From Trypethelium eluteriae (Eukaryota), in contig JAVECL010000018.1 in NCBI GenBank assembly GCA_051942245.1, positions 1-64,000 of the forward strand: a DNA stretch of 64,000 nt. Reading direction: 5' to 3'. The number at the start of each line of letters is the position of its first letter. Position 1 is the stretch's first letter. A program made the position numbers and the translations under genes. Shown here piece by piece: positions 50,761 through 64,000 of the stretch. The notes under the pieces are model-generated. The model was not told the DNA's origin and did not search any database. It was given only the letters and a program-made list of their open reading frames with translations.

Positions 50761-52459
50761 CTTGCCTTCTGCTCTGTTCTACTTTCCAAGCACCTCTTCC
50801 CTTCCCATTCCTTCCCTCCCCTTCGCTCTGTTCACGCCATTTTCTCAGAGGCTATATATCTAACAGAAGTAGAGCTCAAGGTACTGCCTCGTCTTCGGGT
50901 CCGCTAATACCCTCTACCTCCTTCTGTCCACCGAGACACCCGCTTGTGTTCTCGCCCCCCTCCTCTCCACCCTCTCGACAATCCACTTCCCTGTGCTCCA
51001 CTGCCCTCCATGCATGACGTCTGCCAGCTGCAGGATGGCGTCGCTTAGCGGCGACGCGACCGCGTGGTGCACGAGAAGCGGCTGCCGCGGAAAGGATTTT
51101 TGAATTCTTGTTGGATGTGGAGTTGCCGTCGTTTATGTGGGGATTTGACGTGAGGAAGGGGGTAGAGAGATGAGGAAGGAGAGGGATAATAGAGAGGGTG
51201 CTAGGAAAGATGGATCATCTACTCCATATTTAAGACCTGTTTATCTTATTCCCAGTCCACTTAGTAAAAGGTGTGGGGGCAGGATCCAATGTGCAAAAGA
51301 TTTGCCTTCCTTCATGAGTTCATGAGTACAAGAGGACAACCACTCTGTACTCTACTTGTAACAGCATTGCCATTCCTCCAGAGGCAATAGCTGTAGGCAT
51401 TTTCCAAGTGCGTTCGAAAATGCTTCTGGACGATCGAATGGAATTTTAGGGATTGCGCAGCCAGCCTCTGATCGTACATACTAGTCTGGCTTTTCTTGGG
51501 TGTCGGAGTACGGTTACCCAAAACATGACAAGGCCGTGCGTTTGCGTCCCAAAGTGGATGCGCCCACCCGACCCGATATCCAACAGCGAAACCTCTGTAA
51601 AACTTTACAGGTTCGACGAAAATTTGGATTTTTGCAGGGTTAGCTCGTCGAATCAGAAGCGTTGGTCGGTGTACGCGAAGCGTCGTCAACAGCCGGCTTG
51701 CAGATTTGTGCTACTAATGTAAAGCTAGACTCCGAGCTGCCCTGCACGTCCTTGGTACGACACGAGCTATAGCATATAAGGGATTGTTGCTCCTCCCCCA
51801 TGGCAAGATAGTTCTCACAGTTTTGTCTTTACATATGAATGTTCTCAAATCTACTCTGCTGCAGATATCCAAAATTACAGTGGCAGCGATACTGCTCTCA
51901 ACATTCCTGGTGATACTAAGCTGGGGACTAAGACGTCAGCACCTCGATACCAATGTCCCTTCCGCCCACAGTGGCGGAACTGTAACAAACTTCCCTGTCC
52001 TCCGTTGGCAGTGGCGCTTGTGGCCATAGCATTTTATCACAGTCATCAAATTCTCATTTCATGGACTCCAATCACGTACAAAGCTAATGGCATTGCGTTA
52101 AGTTCGACGTTAAACCAAGCGTCCACGTTGTCACCACAGAACGTTTTGAACAACCCTTGCAAAGGCTATGAGTAAGCCTGTACCAGCTGCGCAGCGTGAG
52201 ATTGATAAGAAAACCGCATTAGCGCCGCCATCCAACCCAAGGGTATCAACCAAAACTTTCCGGGTACGAACATACCAAAATGACAAATGCCGAACCGGAA
52301 AAAGACCTGTATAGAAAAGCCGTCGCCGCACTTAAGACCCCGACCTCCAAAAATAACAGTCCAAAATACAAAAATGCTACAACATGTGTTGACGTCTGAG
52401 AGGCCTAGTGCGTGATAAAGTGATAACAAAGGAGAATAGAGGCTACAGACAAAGATACA

Positions 52460-54490
52460 GGGATTTCAAGAGATCAGGCGACCGGACAGCGCGGCTGTAG
52501 AATACTCATAGCATCGAAGAACCCAACGGCGACGTATTTCCGTACAGCTTCGTCTTCTAAAATGGTATCAGCAGGCTGGAAAATTACAGCTGGACGACTT
52601 CATTACCTGTGGAGTTCATATCGATAAGTCGTGGGACGTAAAGCGAAGCAAGCTGATAATGGTTTAGAGAAACTCAAGGTCGGCATCAGCGCCTAGCTCC
52701 CTCATTTCGAGGCCAAGTCGTTATCTTGCAGCAATCGTGGAGTTTGTGGTAGAGAACTCGGTATCACTGAGGTTGGATCTCAATCCAGAGGGCTTTGCTC
52801 TAGGATTTCGACCTGTGGACTTTCAGGTAGGACTCTGTGACTTCAAGCGTTCGGACCGCGGCTTCTTTTTGATGGATCGCGATGTTTGGGTGCTGTCCGA
52901 TTGGTGACGTCTCTGTGTCTAGGCATCTTCTTTTCCGGGGGTAGGCTATCTTCGTCAGATTTCAGTATTCAGATATACTTTCTATGCTGGTTCGAGGATC
53001 TTTGCCGCGTCAACTCCGTGGATGTCTTTTTGACCTTTTTCTGCTTGACGGGGATTCTCTGGCCAGAATCAAGCTTCTTGGGCGTCGACTGCTTCTTAGT
53101 CGAAGTCTTCTCCTTGCTTGCGTTCTTCAGTTCGGACCGAGCTTTCTGTTTGACATTGGGAGACGAAGATAGCTGCGTATGTCGTGAAGGGTCGCGTGTT
53201 TCGTCGGGTTCTAATTCCCTTCCCTTCATTTCGTTTAACTTCAAGAGTGTGGCGGTGTGCAGCGAAGTCGCCCCTTCAGACCATGTGAAGCCCTGATTCG
53301 AAGCCCTTCGAGATGAGCCCTCTCGAGTAAACGACTCTTTGCATCAGTGAGCCTCAACAGAGGCAAGTGCGACTGGATACCCACTTGACGACTTTGATGA
53401 CCGTGGCATAGATTTGGGTTTTCTGTGCACGGATCTGACGACGATTTCTTGATCTTCGGCATCAAACTCGTCACTGTCGTCAACTGCGCTGTCCCACTTG
53501 CGTTCTGCGTTGTGTCCTCTGCCATAAGCATCATTGATAGCATGATCATTATCATCGTCGTCATCGTCGCCATCGTCATCTTCATTATCATCTTCGTCTT
53601 CTTTCTGTTCTATCCGCTCATCTTCCTCTTCACTTTGATATTGGTCGTACTCTCCATTTTCATTATCATCGTCATCGTAATCACCGTTATCGTCGTCATC
53701 GTCATCCTGATCATCATCGTCATCATTGGACTCGTAGGAGTCACTCTCATTCCAACTCGTTCCAATGACAATGTCATGCGTAATCTTCTCATCTGCGACG
53801 ATTCGGAAGCAGGTACTCTTTCCCTTTCGACCAGGTTTCTTAGCCTGCTCCCTACAAGTAAGTCTGATTGTCTGCTCCCTCGTTGTATGCGACTTTTCCA
53901 CGTGCTCGGACAGCTTGTTTTGATGAACAATCCTTATTGAAATATAGCAGTGTCTTTGTTCCCAACGGCTCCATCTTACCAGAAAGAAGCTACTCGTCTT
54001 TGGATGGAAAACAGTAATGTCTAACGTTTCTGCCTTAAAATTTGGTCAACATTACATAGGCGGGGTGTAGAATCGGGTTATCGATTCTTACCTCTTCTTC
54101 GCCAAACATGGTTGGCTCCGGGTGTCCTGTCGGTAAAGACGTATGATGTGTTCCATCATCAGATCCAGGCTGACTGTGTTCGTCCTGCTCGCTTTGGGCT
54201 GGCGTTGGCGGCAGTACTGGACCGGTGTGCGCTGGTATCCGAGAGTGCAGTTGTTCTGTGATGGTCTTCTCAACATTCGAATTTGGCCCGTTTGCAAGCT
54301 TGAGTAGTTCGCGCAGATCCTTGGGCGAGAGGCGATCAAAGCAGTCCTTTGAGAGTTTGCGTTCCTTGATCCGTATCCGCAGAATATCCTTTATATCACC
54401 GACCCTTTCCAACTTGTATCCATCTTTCCGTGCTCCTTCAATGATTTCCTTGGCAAATTTCTTCTGCACTTCTCTTGCGGATGGTATCAT
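52460..54490 (-). CDS. Hypothetical multi-exon protein with a long Asp/Glu tract and K/S-rich region; 3' part possibly disrupted
   Basis: ORFs 54035-54490, 53344-53901 (poly-D/E) and 52969-53244 are collinear on the minus strand. Confidence 0.4.
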
Positions 54491-55375
54491 GTCGTGGCGC
54501 GCTATAGCATTACACTATGCGCTTCCTACTCAACTGGAGAGGCGCTAGAGGGCGCTGCGCAGGAGGCTTGTGACAATGCAATGGCCCACTACGGCATAAG
54601 GAACATGCTGGGTCTGAGGCTCTGCGCAGCGGTGTCGCTGTTCCTCGCGAGTCGCTTGGTGACTTTGCGCTGTCGCCTTCTTCCTTCTTTGTTGAGGTGG
54701 TATGAGCGACTCAATTAGAAAGCGGGGGTGAATGCGCTAGGTGAAGCTGAGGCGCAATGGCCGAAAGCTTCGTCGTTTTGATGATAGTAAGAGGTGGTGA
54801 TATGCCAGGTGCCCTGCCAGGTGCCCTGCCAGTCTCGTCAGTCGTCCAGGTACGGCAGTATTTTCAAAGACAAGGTACCTTACCCAGGCAATCTAAGGTT
54901 ACTCGGTGACGAATAGTGGGGGTGGGGTGATGGTTTAGTCAGGGACATGATCAATTCGGTCTGGAGTACGGAATAGGTATGGACTGGACGACAGAATAGG
55001 TATGGACTGGACTAGTATGCAATCTAGAGAACTGTCAAATCTCGGGCCTGCGAAGCCGAACGCTAGATCCGAGTCTAACCGTTGACTGTAGAGCACAGCA
55101 CCGCAGGGTGGCAGAAGTGAACGAAGATCCGACTGCTACAGCAGACGAGACAGGGTTGTGTGGACGGAACTTCGAGGTTCGACGTCATCGTTAGGTACCA
55201 AGGTAGTCAGAACAGATGAAGCAATTGAAAGCTGTCACGTGCGAATAACTACGTTGTCTAAGAGGTGCTCCAGCTACCTGACCTCGAATTCGTCGCAAGA
55301 GTCGTTCGTTCATTGTTCAAAAAGCACCTCCTCCTACACAGCCTGTCCGTAACATTTCGAGAACGCAATTTACGT

Positions 55376-56100
55376 TCACTTCTTCTCTACTTTGTCTTTT
55401 CTTTTGCCCTCGGCTGCGTTCGGCACCTCAGAACCCCGTTGTTGCTTTTGACGTTCAAGCTCTGCCGCCTTCTTCTCCGTCTCTGCTCGAGCTTGTTCAA
55501 CCGACAAGCGCTCGGATTCCTAATTATGAAGCTATCAGTATCTAGTTGCAATGATCTGGTCTGGCGTGATCTGCACATACTCCGATTCTCTTCTGCGTCA
55601 CGATAAGAGACTGACCTTGTTCCTTGAGATTGAAAAGTGTATGAGGGTGGCCGCAATTCTTGATGAAATTGTTCCCGAGGACGATGCCCTCGACAGGGAA
55701 TTCCGGCGGCCCGACAAAGCACTTAACGTATAGCGATTTGTTGCCTCTTCCAGTCAGATTCGTCTCAATCGTGATCTCCGGCGAATATTCTATTCCCATT
55801 AGACCCACGACTTTCATACTTTTATCAACTGGAGATCTTTGGAACATCAGTCTCTCCAAGACCTTCGGCGAGATCCAGTTTTCTACGGAGCCAGTATCCT
55901 CGATCACGTCGATGGACTGAACATCTCCAGTGTTGCAGTCGACCGTCCTCGCAATACGGACTGCGCCATGATCGACCTTGCAGCCTCTCCCAGGGCAGGT
56001 AGAACACTATGAATCGGATCCGTCAATGCATATGTTTTCAAGCAACCACAGAGACATTATAGTCTATACGTACCTCAGCCTCTGCCTTGCCGCTACTCAT
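55376..56100 (-). CDS. Stand-alone retropepsin-like aspartic protease (exons ~56100-56074, 56006-55581, 55519-55376)
   Basis: IDVIEDTGSVENWISPKVLERL (DTG catalytic motif) and VEGIVLGNNFIK, then a coiled-coil tail. Canonical introns; no adjacent RT or integrase seen. Confidence 0.7.
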
Positions 56101-56856
56101 TCCTGCTTCCGCTATTCCCACTGCCTCTGGCCGAGGGCAGCTACAGAAAAGTATAGACACTGGGAGGAGGGCAACTCCAATCTAAGCAGGCTGAACGCCG
56201 GGAGAGATCACTGCTTGCTCATTGATATTTATACGCCAGCTTATAGGCTGACCGAATCAGGCAAGTGGTTGCCTTGTTATCCTCCGCTTTCGTGCCTCTC
56301 ACTCTAGATCCGCCTTGTATTTTTCGACCAATATCCTTCTTCGACCATGCTTGTTGATCTGCAAGACTTGTGCACAGGCTGCTAATGTTGGCAAGGCTGG
56401 ATTTTGTCATGATTGGGCTAACGGTGGAGGGGCTGCAGTATATTTGAAATGCCACGTCATTAGGCTGAGTGTAAATCAGCCTTGGCTCACCAAAAAACTC
56501 TATGTGCTATAATCGAATTGCCTCGCCGATGAACCCCATAAAAGTCTACCTTCTGCCTAGACTTTTTACGATCGCATCACAATATTCAGACGAATCTAAA
56601 ATACTCAGGCACCTGATGAGACTGATATACTTTGACTAAACGGAAAGCTTAACCTCTTGATATGCTGCTACTAAGTGGGTTTAAAGGTTGCATTACAGGG
56701 TAGTACTACAAGGCGCACAGGGCCTAAGGAAAATTTGACATCGAGCCCTGCAACACAGCCTATCTACTGTTGGTAGTTTTCGGGGTTGGTGAAAGAGATT
56801 CATATCTTACATCATTGCAAGCCACGCGATACGTGTGATCTCAGATAAAGCACACC

Positions 56857-57868
56857 ATGGAAGGCTATGCAAAGATAGCACAACTCATGGGCGCGTATCC
56901 TGAGTTCGCCATATTTCGCCGCTTTCGAACTCTGAACATGCAAAATTTGTTGTACCTGCAAGCTGAGCTCATGCATCTTGAGACAGAACTTGCTATCATC
57001 GCAAGTGACGACAATAAGCATGCAAGCCGCCAGGCTTATCCTCATGACTGGTGGTCGATGGCACATGGACAAGGCGAGAGTGATAACAAACAGCGGGAAG
57101 TGGTTCTCAAGATCCAGGAAAAGCTAGAAAAATATAGTACGCACCGTGGCAAAATGAGCACAGAACAATGCTTCCGAAACTCATATCCACGCAGATGATG
57201 CCCTTCTCAAACTCTCTGCAGTATCCGACCTTCCAGGTCCGGCAGATCACGATCTTCAGTTCTTCCGGAGCTGGTACGAACGGCCGAAAATGGGCGCTTT
57301 CCCATTGTATGGGCTAGATCGAAACGCTTGGAGCTTGGAGAACGAACACGACCTTACGGCAGTCATGGCTCGTAAAGCGCCAGATAGTTTCTCACATTGG
57401 TTTACTGACACGCTGATACCAATGTTCCACCAGCTTGTGGGAGAAAAGATCAAGGTACTTAGCCTATGATTGTTCCCTCCGTATGTTCTAATGAGACTAG
57501 AGTCCGATCTCTGACAAGCTTGGTGAGGGCTTATATGAGTACAATGAGAAGACACTGAAGGTGGTTGCCCGCGTCATAAGTACGGTTGTTGCGTCTGTAC
57601 TTCCACTCTGCTCCGTTGTCATCCTCTATATCGTGAAGGCCAATGGAGTCCGACTCGGGATCATTATAGCACTATCTGCCTGCTTCTCATTAGCTCTTGC
57701 CCTCATGACGAACGCACGACAAATTGAGATATTCAGCGCTACTTCTGCGTGAGTACCGATCTCTTAAATTATTCATAAGTTTTTGATCGAGTCATTGCTA
57801 ACATAGAAAATACAAGGTTCGCAGCGGTCAATGTCGTCTACCTCACCAACGGCGTGCCTGCGAATTGA
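56857..57868 (+). CDS. DUF6594 family membrane protein (4 exons)
   Basis: MEGYAKIAQLMGAYPEFAIFRRFRTLNMQNLLYLQAELMHLE. C-terminal TM helices end ARQIEIFSATSA|FAAVNVVYL. Confidence 0.8.
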
Positions 57869-58567
57869 TATCCAGCTCTCATCCAGTCAAAGCAAGAAAG
57901 GAAGGATTTTATCTCTACCCCCGTAAGCCGGATCCTTGCTTTCTGTATACAGTACTTGGAGTGCCTTTGAAAACGCACTGGAAAGGCCAACGTAAAGCAA
58001 TCTTTAGCCTTAAAGACAACAATCGTTGCATGATTGACGGCGCAAATACTATGCAGGGGAAAGTCACATTGAATTTTCAAAACGAAGCATATCTTGCTGA
58101 ATTTACATGTGTCCAAAGGAGGCTAGGCCAGGAATATCACGATAATCAACATAATCTAGGTGCACTTAGGAACTTGTTTAGTGATAGAATTTTATCTGAC
58201 TTACAAAATACTTTATTCTTTCCCAATTCTACTCCCTAAGTTCAGTAGATTTGTGAATTATCCATTAGCAGGTCCTGAAACTCATCATACAGAATTTTGG
58301 AGCTGAGCGTTCACTATCAAACAGCCATCATAAATCAGAGGCGAAAATTGATTATGGTTAACAATATCTCATTTTGACGTAAGAGCTGATCATTCCACCT
58401 AACCCCCTACGTGCCATAGCATTCATCCATCCGTGTTCCAGCAATTCAGGAGAATATGAAAATCCTGTGACTTCTAGATCTGTCTCTCGAGGTGTTGAGA
58501 TCACTCCTTGTAGCCCTTCGTGATCATTTCATTACCTATCCTTATGGAATATAGTATCATAAGTAAC

Positions 58568-59734
58568 TTATAGTTTCTGTAGCAAACGCCTAACAGACCT
58601 CAAAGCAGATAAAAGTTTTTCCAGCACCAAAGGGCGGGAAGGCTTGACATTGATCTTCGCTTCCTTTTCCTCCTCCTTGCCTTTTGGTTTCGGCTTCAAC
58701 CTCCTCTCCCACAAGTAATGATAATCTGGCATGGCTTGCCTAACCCATTCTTCTAATCTCCGTGCCTCGTCTTCGCCGAATTCTTCTCGCCACTTGCGTG
58801 CCTCAGCATCGATATCAATCGCTTCCGGAGAATCCAGTGCTTTCTCCTTCATGATACCCTCGCTCGCCCAGATAGTAGATAGATAGCTCGCGATGGCAGG
58901 TCCAGTGGCTTCGGTGAGGCGCGCGCGAATCTCATCGGGCGTGCGCTGCCAGGTGAACGTGAGTTTAGAAGCGTCGAGACCAGTGAGAGCACAGAAGCGA
59001 GGTAGCAGCTGGCGTGGAGCGTTAGTAACATCGTATGCGTCGATGATCACAGGCTGAGCCCGGGAGCGGCGAGATGCCAGAGGATGGTCGGTCGTGTAGA
59101 AATCGTAAAGACGACGGGACCATCGCATAGTCATGGAAATGTCTAGCACCATACGTTTGATGACTTCGGTGCTGGTCTCGCCGTGATTCTTCATGGTAAC
59201 GCGGAGATTGGACGGGAAGACGAGTGCAGGATGACGAATTAAGAAAGTGGGCTGAATTTGGTGGAGGAAAGAGTCAGGTAGAACGGTGTCATTTAGCGTA
59301 GAGTACTGGACTTTGGAGCCGCGAAGTTGGGGAAATTCAGGTTTCCAGTCAGTTTCATGAACGATATTGCGGCTCCATGCGTACTCGGACTGTTTCAGCG
59401 GGGTGGCCATGAAGTTGGCGTGTTCTTTGACAAAGAGGATTTTGTCTTCGGCCTGAGCCTGGTCGACATAGGCTTGAAGCCGATCGAAGCCAGCTTGGTA
59501 CATGAACTTCACTTTCTCTCTTTCCTCATCGGTCCAGTCATCTAAGTGTCTATTGTGGAGCTTTGCTTCATTAATCATCATGAAGGCTGGTAAGAAGAAG
59601 TAACCTCCCATGTCGTTGGTAAGAACACCTGGCTGATTCTGAAGTGATAGAATTTTGACCAAAAGATTAGACGCTACCCGAGGACAGGTAATCAAGAATA
59701 GTATTCGACCTCTTTGAGAATCTTTAGACTCCAT
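58568..59734 (-). CDS. P-loop sulfotransferase-like protein (intronless)
   Basis: LFLITCPRVASNLLVKIL (5'-PSB-like), LFVKEH, PTFLIRHPALVFPS (3'-PB-like), PVIIDAYD. Confidence 0.7.
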   Translation of the reverse strand: MESKDSQRGRILFLITCPRVASNLLVKILSLQNQPGVLTNDMGGYFFLPAFMMINEAKLHNRHLDDWTDEEREKVKFMYQAGFDRLQAYVDQAQAEDKILFVKEHANFMATPLKQSEYAWSRNIVHETDWKPEFPQLRGSKVQYSTLNDTVLPDSFLHQIQPTFLIRHPALVFPSNLRVTMKNHGETSTEVIKRMVLDISMTMRWSRRLYDFYTTDHPLASRRSRAQPVIIDAYDVTNAPRQLLPRFCALTGLDASKLTFTWQRTPDEIRARLTEATGPAIASYLSTIWASEGIMKEKALDSPEAIDIDAEARKWREEFGEDEARRLEEWVRQAMPDYHYLWERRLKPKPKGKEEEKEAKINVKPSRPLVLEKLLSALRSVRRLLQKL

Positions 59735-61115
59735 AAAAGATGGCACTATGCTCGAAAAAGATTGCGGATATCAGAGAGGGAGCTCTCTAGATTATTTTTG
59801 CCTCGATTTTGCAACAACTTGGGACCAAACTAGTAATAAGACGATTCAAACCAGTGGGTGACGTTACGACAGGGAGGAAAGTCTTATACAGGCTTCCTTC
59901 AGGGCGTTCAGCACTGGAACTTTACATAGCATGGCCGATGTTTCAAGGCTACGGGATGTCTTGGCTAACGATTCCACAATCAGTGTGATTGCAAGAATAC
60001 TGGATCGGCACATCGATTGAATCGCTGCACGACAAACCATGTAGCCGATGCAAGGAGTGATAGCAATGGACATCCGAAGGACAGGCATCGCAAAAAAGCA
60101 TTTTAGCCGCAAAGCAGGGCAAAACGCCGAAGCTCTGCCAAATATCAGCTCTGTAGCTCTACAGAATGACCACGCTAAGTGATTCAGAGGTTTAAACAAG
60201 AGTTCTAGCTTGGGGGACTCGTAAAGATCTAGCAGCGATCTAGCCGGATCGTTGCGACATGGGTTATCCATGTTAAACAAACGGTAGTCAAAGTTGAATG
60301 TTGCGCAAGCAACGGCTCATACAAGCCTGAACCTGATCTTGAATCTGTTATTACGACATGGCGCTTGAGTTTAATGATGAACTTGTCGAGTGGGTAGCTT
60401 TACGTAGAAGGAGAAGAGTGGGGGCCTTGATAGGGCACCTTGTCCGGTAGTCGAAACGCGCAAAAAGAATTTACACCAAGATAGAAAATGAGATCGAGTG
60501 ACGAAAATACTTTCTCAAGACTAACCTCAGTAAAGAAATCTTATCTCAAGCCGAATAATATGACTGAAGTGACGAACGTACAGTTGCTGGTGCATGCTTC
60601 CCCGGCTTCCCCGACGATTGCTTTCCCCGAGTCTAATTCCCCGATCAACCCCACTCTTCAAATCATTGATTTCCATGGCGATGGGTTCCAAGACAGTCCT
60701 TCGGAAAAATCGTTTTATGGTGCTTATCTTTTTTCGTAAGCACTCAGTGCCGATCGCCTTCCAGATCTAGTAGCTTGTGAGAATCTATGTTCAGGCAGAA
60801 AGTCACTCGAATCTGGGTAAGACTGGTATTTTCCACGAATGGACGAAAGAAATGCGGTTTTCTATCGTATCTTGGTCTCCACCCGCTGAGATGGTAGAGC
60901 TTCTGGATCCGAGAAGAGGGAAGCCATCCATTGTTGAAATCTAGATAGTCTGCACCTCTCGATGATTTCTTCCAAGAACGTCCATCAACAGGAGTATATG
61001 CTCTACCAAGTTCCCAGTCATCACAGATTAGAATAGTCCCTTTTGCATTCAAGTATCACCGTAACCATCGAAGATCCAAGATAGTTGGTTTGCAAGACTT
61101 GCTATGCCGTCGGCT

Positions 61116-62798
61116 TTAGATTTTACTCCCGGCAGTGAGTGCAACAAAGTCCGTAGATCTTAGTGGGACATCATCGCGATACGCAGTAGCTACCGCAGCA
61201 CTACTGCATCCACTCCCTGCAAGATTGAACATGGTCTCGAATCCTGTGCTAGGGATCATGCCTAGCGAGTGGATCGCTTGCTGCTCTGTGGCATTGGCGC
61301 AAGAGATCTCCCACATTGTGATGCCCGTTGCGCCGTTCCAACTCATGTACAAGTTCGTATTATCCTGGTCGAATACTGCAGTCGGGGGTGCCGCTGGGGT
61401 TCCAATCCAGGGTTCGCGCCACGCCCGATAGGTGAGAGACGTAAATCCGGCCGGATTTGAAGTAACGGTTTCGCCGAAGAGTATTGACATACGCACATCT
61501 CCCTCGGGGCCGAATTCTTTGATTGAAGGATAAGTACCGTAGCCTAAGAGAACGTTGCCATTAGGAAGGTCGACATAGCTCCCAGCTGCGATCGGATAAA
61601 TGAGTTCGTTCGGATCGACAAGGTTCTTGAGGAGGGTTGCAGTTTTGTTCTCTAGGTCAAGATGGAACTCTAGCCCTTCTGCTGGGTGAGTGCCATTGAA
61701 TAGAGGTGCATTGCCGTTGTTATTGTTGAAGTAGGTTAGAATAGCCTCCTTTTCGGTAACATTCTTCAGCACTGCATGGTGTTCCCAAGCCTGTTATGGA
61801 GATCCTAGTCAGAGAACATACGCAATACAATCAAAGGTCACCCTTTGCGGGTTGAACTTACAAATTGGCCGCCCTCAGGTAGCTCAAAATCGCCTCCTGT
61901 ATCTCCCTGATTCACCGTTAGAGCCGTTCGCAGATCAAAATGGATTCAGTAGGCATAAACAAACCTCGATCGTCCACTCAATGTCCCCCTTGCTGTCAAG
62001 CATGTACGAAGTCCAGTAATGCCGACTATTCACGAAATAACGCGATCCGACAAGTTCCACTGAGTTGATGTGAAAGAAGTCGAAAGGGCTATCCAGGGTT
62101 CCGTTACCAAATGCAGCTTGTCCTAAGGGAGCTCTTGACGCTGTAAGTGGGATGCCAGCCTCATACGCGCTCCATCGGAAAACAGTCTGATTCGTTTTAA
62201 TGTCAACCTCATAAAATAAGCCATCATAGATCCATCCGTCTTTAGGGCCATTGATCGATGTGAGGTCTGCGTTGGTGATGTTGTAGATCGTCATGAGTAT
62301 TGTACCGCGGTCCGTAATATATGACTCGTGGATATCTCCGTAGCAGGAGAATGTTGTGTTGTCAGGTGCGAGCGCGTATGCTTGCGGACAGACTCGATAT
62401 ATTTCGGTATAGGTTGTATCAAGGATTGAAACAAACCCGTAGCCCTGCTCGCCAATACTAGAGCCATTCCAGGCGGTCAAGACTGGCTCAGAGTCCAGAT
62501 ATTGAACCCTCAAGTTTGAGTAACTTCCTGATGGACTATTCCACACCAAGTCTCCGGCATCGGTAATGATCACGGCCGCATTTTCTATCTCGTCGGTTGC
62601 TGGTATGAAAGACGTTAGTAAGAGCCCAGGTGCAAGAGGAGCTCCAGACTTGTAGACATCAAAAACCGGCGGCTGAAAGGTGGGAGCTGTTTTGAACGAT
62701 TGCCTCGGCCACGATCCATTGTTAGCCCGCTTGACAGGTTGACTTAGAGATATGACTCCGAAAAGGAAAAACGAAATTGTAGCGGAGAGGTAGTACAT
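61116..62798 (-). CDS. Secreted arylsulfotransferase (ASST / Arylsulfotran_2-like), 3 exons
   Basis: Signal peptide, then WPRQSFKTAP, GDIHESYIT, FDFFHINSV, VNSRH, GDFEL...FAWEHHA, LPNGNVLLGYG, YRAWREPWIGTP, YMSWNGAT, GFET. Confidence 0.85.
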
Positions 62799-64000
62799 GG
62801 TCGGAAAGCAGAAAGAGGATCAGATTTCGAGCGAATCTATTTGTGTATCACTTGTCCTGGGAATAAATACTCAAAGGGCTGATCGATAGCAAATATAACG
62901 AAGATTGTATCTGACCGACGTGCTATCAAGAATGACGGGTAGTCAACGGCATTTTGCACATTCACTTCTCCTAAAATTTGCCGCATGGAATCAACATGGT
63001 CAAGAGCAGCGACTTACAGGATCTACGAACCTCTCCGGTACTCATTTGGATATCCTGGATTGAGGTTTATCGCCGACGCGATTTGCTTTGGGAGAAGCCC
63101 CTGCTGGCGCTTGCACTTAGTCTGAGCCGGATAAATCCATGGCAAATCCTAGTTTTCAAGGAACACCTCTTTCAAGGAGTTCGAGGCATTCGCTGCACCA
63201 GGACTCTTCTCTTATCTCCTCCCAAGACAACGGGCACTTGCCGAAGAGTTGTAGGATCGGAGACCGAGATTGCGGCTTCGTGTCCCCTCACGCATGGGAC
63301 TTTCGATACACAACTGCTCGACATGGGAGGCAGCATGCACAGCAAATGCCGAAGGGAGCTCATTGTGGGTAAGCGACGACGGGAGACAATGTGATGAGAT
63401 CATCAAAGTCAACCGTGACGAGTTCAAAGACGCCGTGTCTTTATCCACCCTCGCCGCTAGAACTTGGACGATTTTTGGGCCAGTGTGGGGCGAGTTGGAA
63501 GGTGGAAGGTGAAAGGCGAAAGGTGAAAGATGTTGCATCAGATCCGCTCGGCGTATTGCACGAGACGGGTGCGAGTTTTATATGTGCAATGTAGGCCATG
63601 TAGGAAACTAGAGGTATGGCAAATAAAGGGACGAAATGGGGCAATTGTTCGAATTAGGATTAGCGGATATTGCGAATCATTGCGTGACAGTGAACCCTGC
63701 CCAGCGACACTCTCCTGCTGTTCCTTTTCACCGTGTCTAGCCTCAAGTTGCACTCTACAAGCCATTTAGAGGCATGTCCAAAGCTGCGATGGGACCGTAT
63801 GTTAGATCCATGAGCTCTTGTCCCTGAGCAATTACTATTAGAGGCCCAGAGAACCCCAAAGTATCGTACGGCAGTAAATTCCTCCGAGGCTTACCCGGCT
63901 GACCCGACTAACACCTTACCAATCTGCTGGAGTAGAGGGTCATCCGCCGCAGACTTCTGGCAAGAAAGGTGTAATGGCGCGGATCGAAAGACCAATGTCC

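Noticed and set aside
53425..53940. Very hydrophobic I/V-rich ORF on the + strand
   Set aside because: It is the antisense reading of the GAT/GAC poly-Asp tract on the minus strand.
55542..55907. LTR retrotransposon pol protease
   Set aside because: No gag, RT, RNase H, integrase or LTRs are seen nearby, and the gene has spliceosomal introns.
1..64000. tRNA/rRNA genes
   Set aside because: No convincing cloverleaf or rRNA-like segment was recognised by eye; tRNAscan-SE/Infernal would be needed to exclude them.

Overview
Intron-rich filamentous ascomycete (Pezizomycotina) genomic DNA with alternating core and accessory blocks. Core block 1 (0.4-9 kb) holds TIM8, RPL25/BMT2 head-to-head, cofilin, HSP60 and a Myb/SANT-like gene. 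The accessory block at ~10-29 kb has almost no intact genes. It contains minisatellites, a decayed DUF3723-like ORF and a decayed DUF3435-like tyrosine recombinase (possible Starship relic), and a patchwork of host-gene fragments (PHF5A/RDS3, repeated URA2 CPSase motif, homeobox-TF-like tail, MYND finger). An intronless orphan with terpene-synthase-like motifs follows. Core block 2 (31-40 kb) has the clearest oddity: the normally bifunctional fungal ADE5,7 is split, with AIR synthetase fused in frame to the C-terminus of homoserine kinase and a stand-alone GAR synthetase head-to-head with it. CENP-A, derlin and an S1/P1 nuclease come next. The accessory block at 40-64 kb has a helical-N-terminus/ankyrin/TM gene, orphans, an O-methyltransferase, a divergent retropepsin-like protease/DUF6594 pair, and tandem P-loop sulfotransferase-like and arylsulfotransferase genes. 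All family calls come from motif recognition by eye, with no database searches; splice coordinates were read manually.
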